Source of the DNA: Clostridiales bacterium
GTDB taxonomy: Bacteria > Bacillota > Clostridia > Christensenellales > JAISNN01
Reading direction: 5' to 3'
Assembly (NCBI GenBank): GCA_031289755.1
Contig: JAITOU010000023.1
Location: forward strand, 102,837-166,836
DNA length: 64,000 nt
Each line of letters starts with the position of its first letter. Within the stretch, counting starts at the first letter, position 1. The position numbers and the translations under genes were made by a program. The notes beneath the pieces are model-generated. The model saw nothing but the letters and a program-made list of their open reading frames with translations, had not been told where the DNA came from and did not search any database. This document shows, piece by piece, positions 58,118-64,000 of this stretch.

Positions 58118-58146
58118 GAAAATAAATGAATATAAGGAGTTTTATT

Positions 58147-58626
58147 ATGGCGGCAAACAAGAAAAAAATAATTATTTTGTGTACGATGGTGGTATTGCTC
58201 ATTGCATCGGGCTACCTAAATTATGTACTTACAAGCAAAATTCCCGACACAAACGGCGGAGGCGACACGGCATTGCCGACTTATTTTGCTTCAGTAAAAG
58301 CCGAACGTCAAACCACACGCAACAAGGAAATAGCTTACTACGATGCAATTATCGAATCGGACAGCGCGACGGCGGACGCGAAAGCGGCTGCGGAAGCGGC
58401 AAGAATTCAGCTCGTCGGACACATGGAAACAGAGTCGCACGTCGAAACCTTTTTATTCGGCAAAGGCTATCCGGCATACTTGGTCTCCTGCACAGCCGGA
58501 AATATCAACGTCATAGTTGTAGACAACGACCTTACGGCGACCGAAGTAGCCGAAATCAAGAATTTTATTATCGCACAGACCGGCTATGTTTTGAAACAAA
58601 TAATAATTAGTCCGTATACTGTTTAA
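58147..58626 (+). CDS. spoIIIAH: Stage III sporulation protein AH
   Basis: The ATG at 58147 follows AAGGAG. One N-terminal TM. Last gene of the operon. Confidence 0.75.
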   Translation: MAANKKKIIILCTMVVLLIASGYLNYVLTSKIPDTNGGGDTALPTYFASVKAERQTTRNKEIAYYDAIIESDSATADAKAAAEAARIQLVGHMETESHVETFLFGKGYPAYLVSCTAGNINVIVVDNDLTATEVAEIKNFIIAQTGYVLKQIIISPYTV

Positions 58627-58718
58627 ATGTAAGAAAAACACCGCGCTAAAAATACTCGTTTCGGTGTCTTATCATTAATTGTTTAGTCACGAAATAAGTT
58701 TTTTCATAACGAAAAGAA

Positions 58719-58776
58719 CAAAAAAAGCGTTAGCGCAAATACTGCAATATGCAGTAAAGCGATAACGCTGTTTTTT
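58719..58776. terminator. Bidirectional terminator between convergent operons
   Basis: A7-GCGTTAGCG...ACTGCA-ATA-TGCAGT...CGATAACGC-TGTTTTTT. Confidence 0.8.
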
Positions 58777-58819
58777 ATCTCTTAAACTATGCAAAGAAGT
58801 GAAGGGTACTCACGGTAGC

Positions 58820-59911
58820 TCAATATTGGTCGGTTACGTTTTTGTACCATTCGGAGTCGTTGTGGTAGGGCTTGTTGATTTTCGGACCGAGATAGGTGAT
58901 GTTGAGCGTATAAGGCTCGGACGGAGATTTTATCTGCCACCAAAGAATATTTATCGGCTTAAAATCGTAGACATAGCACATTATTTGAGCGACCTTTCCG
59001 TGTACGAGTTCTATCGAAATATAATCCGCTCCGGCAAAGACCGAGCCGTCGCTGCTGCCGCCGTTTGCCGCCGCGTATCTGTCGAGATATCCGATATAGC
59101 CGATGGCGGTGTCGGACTGTTTGAGTTTAAATGTGAAATTTGTGACGGTTTTATTTGTCGTCGATTTGGCTTCTTTAAAATCGCATTCTAAATCGTCAAA
59201 AGCAATGTCTTTAAGCTCGGCTAAGACGACGTTGAGTCCGTATACGGGTTCGATGTCGTTATGATAATAATCTTGAAGGGTCGGGTAAGGGGATTTGACG
59301 TTAGAGTAAACAAAATTACCCGAATAAGCGGCGTCGGTAAAGGCAAATATAGTATCCTGCAAATTCTTTTTATCGTTTTTTGCCGCCGCGTTGACGGCTA
59401 TGATTTTGTTATACAGAGTGCGCCGTTCGGTAGCCGACGGAATTGTCGCGGCATTGCCTATTCTTGCGCCGTAAGACTTTTCTTCTCTTACATATACGCC
59501 GAAATTTTTGATTATGGTTTTTGCCGCGTCTAAGTAGACGATATCATAATTACCCGTATTCTTTTTTTCGCCGTATACGTTGACGACGCGGAATTTGAAG
59601 ATATCGTCAAAACGCTTTGCGTCGGTGACGGGGTCAAATATTTTGGCATAGTTAGGGTCGGTGGCCTTATCTGTATAACCGTTTTCGTCAAATTTGTCGG
59701 CGTTCATATTATAAAATTGATTATAAACAGCCATCCAATTTGTCGTTTCTTCCCAATTATATATTTTTTCCTTTTGCGAAGCTTCTATGGCTTCCGTCAT
59801 GAGCTTGTAGGCTTCGGCATTTGAAATACTTTTTTGCGGATTGATAAAAATCCATGAAATGATTCCGAGAGCGATAAAGAGCAATACGGAAATAGGTACG
59901 ATTTTTTTCAT
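58820..59911 (-). CDS. Hypothetical membrane-anchored/secreted protein
   Basis: 363 aa with an N-terminal TM (MKKIVPISVLLFIALGIISWIF). AAGGAGG SD. Its start overlaps the upstream stop (TAATG). No motif recognised. Confidence 0.6.
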   Translation of the reverse strand: MKKIVPISVLLFIALGIISWIFINPQKSISNAEAYKLMTEAIEASQKEKIYNWEETTNWMAVYNQFYNMNADKFDENGYTDKATDPNYAKIFDPVTDAKRFDDIFKFRVVNVYGEKKNTGNYDIVYLDAAKTIIKNFGVYVREEKSYGARIGNAATIPSATERRTLYNKIIAVNAAAKNDKKNLQDTIFAFTDAAYSGNFVYSNVKSPYPTLQDYYHNDIEPVYGLNVVLAELKDIAFDDLECDFKEAKSTTNKTVTNFTFKLKQSDTAIGYIGYLDRYAAANGGSSDGSVFAGADYISIELVHGKVAQIMCYVYDFKPINILWWQIKSPSEPYTLNITYLGPKINKPYHNDSEWYKNVTDQY

Positions 59912-62193
59912 TAAGCTTTGCCTCCTTTTTTGGCATCGCGCCTTTCGCGTTTTTCACGGCGGATTCTTTCAAGGTCGTCTTGCTTGGCTTTTTTGGCGGC
60001 ATCGCGCTTTTCTTTGTCAAGGCGGTCTTGTTCGTCGACATCGCGGCAGGCTTCGTCGTAACGCGCTTCGATTTCGGCAAGCTTGCCGTAGGCTTCGGCA
60101 TCCTTTATGAGTGCCTGAGCCGCCATGTAGGCTTCGGCGGCAAGACTGTATTTGTTGAGAATTTTGCGCGCCGCAGAAACGGCTTTGAGCTTTAAGTTGA
60201 TTTCTTCCTTTGTCGTCTCGGGCAGGCAATAGGCGGCTTCAAGCTCCGATGTGTTGATTTCTTGCAGCTTGTCCTTGACGATACTCTTTTTGAGAGAGAG
60301 CAGGAGTCGGGCGCGTCTGATTTTGAAGTTTCTCAAATGCTTTTGGTCGTCGTTGTCCTTAGGCGAATTTTTGGCTTCTTCGAGAATGCTTTTGTCGAGA
60401 TTTTTTATTCCGTCGAAGCCCCATTCGAGAGTCTGTCTTGCAAGCGCAAGCTTTTCGGCGTCTTGTCCGCTCTCGTATTTGACCAATTCTTCGATGACAA
60501 GCTGTGCGGAATCGATATTGAGATTGATATTTTTTGCTTCCGAAAGCTCGTGCCTTGCGGCTTTGACGGCTTCTTTTTTGATTTTCTTTTGTTCGTCGGA
60601 CAGCGCCGGCGGCAGCTTGGCTTCTTTGAGCTTTTGGATATAGCCGGCTGTGTCGATTTTTTCCATGACGATGTATTCTCTCGCTTCCCTTATCTCTTCG
60701 ACGCATAGCTTGATATCACGCGGCGATAAGTCGTTGCCTATATAATCCTCAAACATATTTCGGAGACGCAGGACCTTGATGATATTGCGGTGCTTGGTTT
60801 CGCTGAGGTCATAAAAAAGGTAGGGGACGAGATTGATAGCAGAGCCGATGACCGACACGATACAGAGCGTGGCAAACATACTGTTTCGGACGGCGGGGTC
60901 AAATAAAATATCGTAGTTATTTGTAAGCCCCGCGGATTCGTAAATCAACGGAATGACTATTCCGGTCAGAGTGGTGAGCGGCAAGCCGATAATTCCGGCA
61001 GTGCCGAAAAGAAAATCCATACGTCTACCCGACTGATAATGAGAATAGTCCTTGACCTCCGAATGGATAACAGGGTCGCCTACAAGACTAAATTCGTATA
61101 CGAAAAGGCTGATAAAATTGAACATGAAGAAAAATGCCGGTATCTTGAAAAAGATAGACATTAGCGATATAAAGACTATATTCAGGAGATTTTGAAAAAT
61201 CATCAGGTTTCTCGGCCCGATTTTTTTGATGATATACGGCGTGATAAACATGGCGATACCGCTCGCCGCACCGTTGATAGTCATGACGGCGGCATAGAGC
61301 GTATAGTTTTGAATGTGGTAGATAAATATCCACATAAATAAGCTTGTGATACCGCCTTCTAAAAACGCAGTCCATGTGGCGATTGTCCTTATCCACCAAT
61401 ATTTGTTGCGGTAAATCTGCCCCATAGCGTGGAGCGTTCGTATCTTAGGCTTGTATTGCTTAGAAACAAAGACACGTTCCTTTGTGCCGAAAGCCGTAAA
61501 GAGAGTAAAGAATAATCCGACTATGCCGAGCGGAACAAATATGGCGCGATAGGCGGCTATGCTCGTATATGTACCCATTTTTTCGACGAGAATAGGGACG
61601 AACATATTTGTAATCGTAGGTGCTGCCGACGCGATAATAGAGCTTACGGCAATGAGCATTGAGCGTTCTTGCGTATTCGGCGACATGACCGTGCGCAGCT
61701 CGGTATAGGTATCGTTAAAAAACGGAGATATAAAGGAAAGGGAAACGGCGAACAAAAATGTCCACATGAGCTTGATATTGTAGCTCCGCATACTGTCAAA
61801 CGGCAAAAAGACAAATATTGTCGTGAGAAAAACCATCGGTATACCCATAAGAGCAATATACGGACGGAAACGACCCCAGCGCGTTCGGGTATTGTCTACT
61901 ATCATGCCCCTGATAATCGTGAAGACGGCGTTTAAGAAGCCCAAAACAATATTCATAAGCTGAATATGCACGGGAGACAAACCGATAACCGAACCGATAA
62001 GAGTATTAGTCGCGCTCAAAGTGAGATAGCCGGCAAGCATTCCGATAAGCATTTTGCCGATGCCGCCGAGAGAATACGCGCCTATTTCTTTGTAGGAAAT
62101 GTAGTTGCCTTTTGGCGGCTTTGTCCAATACTCTCTAAAATCGGTGATAAAATCAGATGATTTTTGTTTGATGTTACTGAAATTAATATTCAT
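59911..62193 (-). CDS. GPH/MFS-type transporter with a ~290-aa charged helical C-terminal extension
   Basis: The N-terminal ~470 aa are polytopic, with the GPH-like RGMIVDNTRTRWGRFRPY. The tail is rich in E/K/R/A heptad-like sequence. Confidence 0.8.
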   Translation of the reverse strand: MNINFSNIKQKSSDFITDFREYWTKPPKGNYISYKEIGAYSLGGIGKMLIGMLAGYLTLSATNTLIGSVIGLSPVHIQLMNIVLGFLNAVFTIIRGMIVDNTRTRWGRFRPYIALMGIPMVFLTTIFVFLPFDSMRSYNIKLMWTFLFAVSLSFISPFFNDTYTELRTVMSPNTQERSMLIAVSSIIASAAPTITNMFVPILVEKMGTYTSIAAYRAIFVPLGIVGLFFTLFTAFGTKERVFVSKQYKPKIRTLHAMGQIYRNKYWWIRTIATWTAFLEGGITSLFMWIFIYHIQNYTLYAAVMTINGAASGIAMFITPYIIKKIGPRNLMIFQNLLNIVFISLMSIFFKIPAFFFMFNFISLFVYEFSLVGDPVIHSEVKDYSHYQSGRRMDFLFGTAGIIGLPLTTLTGIVIPLIYESAGLTNNYDILFDPAVRNSMFATLCIVSVIGSAINLVPYLFYDLSETKHRNIIKVLRLRNMFEDYIGNDLSPRDIKLCVEEIREAREYIVMEKIDTAGYIQKLKEAKLPPALSDEQKKIKKEAVKAARHELSEAKNINLNIDSAQLVIEELVKYESGQDAEKLALARQTLEWGFDGIKNLDKSILEEAKNSPKDNDDQKHLRNFKIRRARLLLSLKKSIVKDKLQEINTSELEAAYCLPETTKEEINLKLKAVSAARKILNKYSLAAEAYMAAQALIKDAEAYGKLAEIEARYDEACRDVDEQDRLDKEKRDAAKKAKQDDLERIRREKRERRDAKKGGKA

Positions 62194-62697
62194 AGACTGC
62201 CTTTGATTTTATTTGAAAAATAATTTAATTTTCGGTAATATTTTGCTTCGGTAACGTTATCCGAAAACCCCTGCGCGTAACGCACAAGATATATACGGAA
62301 AGACCGATATCAAAAACCTTATTTATGCGAACCTAACAATTATATATCAAAAAAGCTCCGCCGTCAATATTAATTTTACCGTTACGGAAAAATTTTGACC
62401 CGTTCGGAAAAATTTTTTTAAGTTGAAAAATAAAAGATAAATACGGCAAAACAAAAAAATGGGGAGAAGCTCCGCTATAAGCTCCGACAAATCAAAAAGG
62501 GGGAGAAACAACGCGTTTAAGCTCCGACAAAAAAATCACGGCAAAAATTTGGTAAAAAAGACACAAAGGCAGAAAAATCGCCGTAATATAAAAAACACCC
62601 TTTAAAACTTTACCGCCTTATTGTGAATTTAACTTAAAGTTTTGGCGGTTATTGCCCGACGGATAAAAAAATTGTCTTTTTGAGAAGCCGTAATTAA

Positions 62698-62726
62698 TTG
62701 CAAAACAAGCAAAAAAATGTTATTAT
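62698..62726 (+). promoter_or_regulatory. Promoter upstream of the tRNA region
   Basis: TTGCAA-17 nt-TATTAT, with TG at -15/-14. Confidence 0.5.
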
Positions 62727-62765
62727 AAGTACCGTATCTCAAAAGCAATGCAAAAAAAACAATAT

Positions 62766-62805
62766 GTTCGTATAGCTCAGTAGGATAGAGCGGTCGCCTC
62801 CTAAG
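62766..62805 (+). pseudogene. Truncated 5' half of tRNA-Arg(CCU), ending at the anticodon loop
   Basis: The 40-nt sequence GTTCGTATAGCTCAGTAGGATAGAGCGGTCGCCTCCTAAG matches 62998-63037 with 1 mismatch. No 3' half follows. Confidence 0.8.
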
Positions 62806-62997
62806 GGTATGACCACCGTTTCAAGGTCGAGAGAAAGTAGCAAAAACAAGCCGAAATATGGCAAAAAATGCACAAAAACAGCCCGTTTTTAGAGAACGGG
62901 GAATTGTTCGAAAAGAAATTGTTGTACTTTTGTTGCCTAAACAGACATACCTTTACCCCGCTAAGGGTAAGACGTGTCCATATATGATATATAATCT

Positions 62998-63074
62998 GTT
63001 CGTATAGCTCAGTCGGATAGAGCGGTCGCCTCCTAAGCGACAGGCCGTTGGTTCGAATCCAATTACGAACGCCA
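62998..63074 (+). tRNA. tRNA-Arg (anticodon CCU), CCA encoded
   Basis: Hand-folded cloverleaf. Acceptor GTTCGTA/TACGAAC and D arm GCTC/GAGC. Anticodon stem GTCGC/GCGAC with loop CTCCTAA. T arm GTTGG-TTCGAAT-CCAAT. Discriminator G followed by CCA. Confidence 0.93.
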
Positions 63075-63078
63075 AAAA

Positions 63079-63102
63079 ACCGTCACAGAGTGGCGGTTTT
63101 TG
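63079..63102 (+). terminator. tRNA terminator
   Basis: ACCGTCAC-aga-GTGGCGGT followed by TTTTTG. Confidence 0.85.
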
Positions 63103-63447
63103 TTTCCTTTTTAACCCCTTTTGGTCGTTTTTAACTCGTTTTTGTTAGTTTTTTCAGTACAACAAAAGTACAACAAAAATATTTTCACTTAAAAAAAACG
63201 CTGAAACAAGTCGAAATTAGTTTTTTAAATTTGATATGCTTTATAAACGACTTTTTAATGTGTTGCGTCTTACTCTGATGCTGTAAATTTGACCGTTGCT
63301 GTCCCCATGACTAATTATACCCGTAAACCATTATGCGTACTCGCACGAGCAAAGGGCGGATATTAGTGAAAAACAGAGAAAAATATTTGAAGACGGAATA
63401 TTTTTTGAATATTTTTTGCGAAAAATGGATTTTTTTACTTATTTGTA

Positions 63448-63476
63448 TTGATTATTGATTCAATGTGTATTATAAT
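63448..63476 (+). promoter_or_regulatory. Promoter of the right-edge secreted-protein gene
   Basis: TTGATT-17 nt-TATAAT. Confidence 0.55.
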
Positions 63477-63538
63477 GTTTGCAACAAGCGTTACTATTAT
63501 GGTTTGCTGTACATTTTTTGTCATTTGACAAAAAAAGT

Positions 63539-64000
63539 ATGTTGTCAGATACTGCTTGGCGCAAGGATATACGGAGGAGTTATGAGCAAAAAATTGAGAA
63601 CGGAGTACTTTTGTTGGCGGTATTGTTCATCACCGTTGCTTTTGGGATGGCAGCTGTTTTGATGCCAAGCAATTCAAACACTGTCGCCGCCGCCACATCT
63701 GTGGGAAAATCGGCTACGCTCACGACGGTTTCATATCAACTTGACGACAATACGGGGTATAATCCTACCGCGAATAAAATTGTAAACAATTCGTCACATC
63801 CTCTCGGATGTCAATTTGCGGATATTTCGCTCGAAGCATTAACCGACGGCGGAAGTATTACGAAAGGCATATATAACGAAACGCAAGCATACGGCATTGT
63901 TGCCGGAGGCACGGACTTAGCCGGCGGCAATATCGTAGAGATCGGATTAAAATACAATTATAATACCATCTCCGAGATTAACGGAACGTCATGGGGAATT
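63539..64000 (+). CDS. Secreted protein, N-terminal part (runs off the right edge); start ambiguous or frameshifted
   Basis: The frame is open from the ATG at 63539 to the window end. It encodes a signal-peptide-like segment GVLLLAVLFITVAFGMAAVLMPSNSNTVAAA. The only strong SD (GGAGGAG, 63573-63579) serves the ATG at 63582 in a different frame, which stops after 26 codons. This ORF is not in the supplied track because it has no stop in the window. Confidence 0.6.
   Translation, partial: MLSDTAWRKDIRRSYEQKIENGVLLLAVLFITVAFGMAAVLMPSNSNTVAAATSVGKSATLTTVSYQLDDNTGYNPTANKIVNNSSHPLGCQFADISLEALTDGGSITKGIYNETQAYGIVAGGTDLAGGNIVEIGLKYNYNTISEINGTSWGI

Noticed and set aside
62469-62615. 48-codon highly basic ORF (MGRSSAISSDKSKRGRNN...) in the 570-bp gap before the tRNA region
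   Set aside because: It has no SD and lies in an A-rich region where Lys/Asn/Arg codons arise by composition. The repeated TAAGCTCCGACAAA motif (around 62484 and 62517) is noted, but there is nothing to support coding.
62806-63036. Group I intron interrupting tRNA-Arg(CCU) at the anticodon loop, as known for some bacterial tRNA genes
   Set aside because: A complete tRNA with its own 5' half follows, so there is no exon-intron-exon layout. The putative intron would end in T rather than the conserved G. I see none of the conserved P7/P3 core sequences (for example AGAGACTNGACGG-like) in the 192-bp insert.
63465-63662. 65-aa ORF from the track at the right edge
   Set aside because: It starts inside the promoter/5' UTR. 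Only its last 26 codons (from the ATG at 63582) are preceded by an SD. The biologically sensible ORF is the other frame, which carries the signal peptide.

Overview
This is a chromosomal, largely housekeeping window from an endospore-forming Firmicute. It looks Clostridia-like, with spoIVA and a complete spoIIIAA-AH operon. There are about 55 CDS, roughly 45 of them on the + strand.

Gene order:
- tail of a phage-type lysis cassette (BhlA/UviB-like protein and a small holin)
- remB-like, gyrB, gyrA, metK
- CDP-alcohol phosphatidyltransferase
- feoA-feoA-feoB and a Cys-rich peptide
- tadA, M14 peptidase
- MBL hydrolase, CPBP protease, M28 peptidase
- T-box(Cys)-cysE-cysS
- nitroreductase, Fe-ADH, CPBP protease, rlmH, PLC-like protein, M29 aminopeptidase
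- GPH transporter and a DUF4874/DUF4832-like protein
- argS, relA/spoT, MBL hydrolase
- polytopic membrane protein, hemZ-like radical SAM enzyme, FAD oxidoreductase
- rbgA, rnhB, spoIVA
- DUF4143 AAA ATPase, ABC exporter pair, type-B carboxylesterase
- spoIIIA operon
- secreted protein and a GPH/MFS transporter with a long tail
- tRNA-Arg(CCU)
- start of a secreted protein

I see no CRISPR array, transposase, integrase, reverse transcriptase or recognisable defence system, so I do not claim a new multi-gene system.

The signals the gene list does not explain are all non-coding or architectural:
1. Three copies of a ~156-nt rod-like hairpin element with compensatory substitutions between copies (14415, 37032, 42009).
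2. A 3 x 55-bp array in the feo leader, each unit carrying a perfect 16-bp palindrome.
3. An orphan minus-strand terminator closing a structured region with a duplicated C-rich motif, next to feo.
4. A 5' half of tRNA-Arg duplicated 232 bp upstream of the intact gene, which is itself bracketed by a 17-bp inverted repeat.
5. An A6 tract that uncouples a strong SD/ATG from a signal-peptide ORF.
6. Several long hairpins and apparently leaderless starts.

All functional readings of these are inference. No database search or folding computation was possible.
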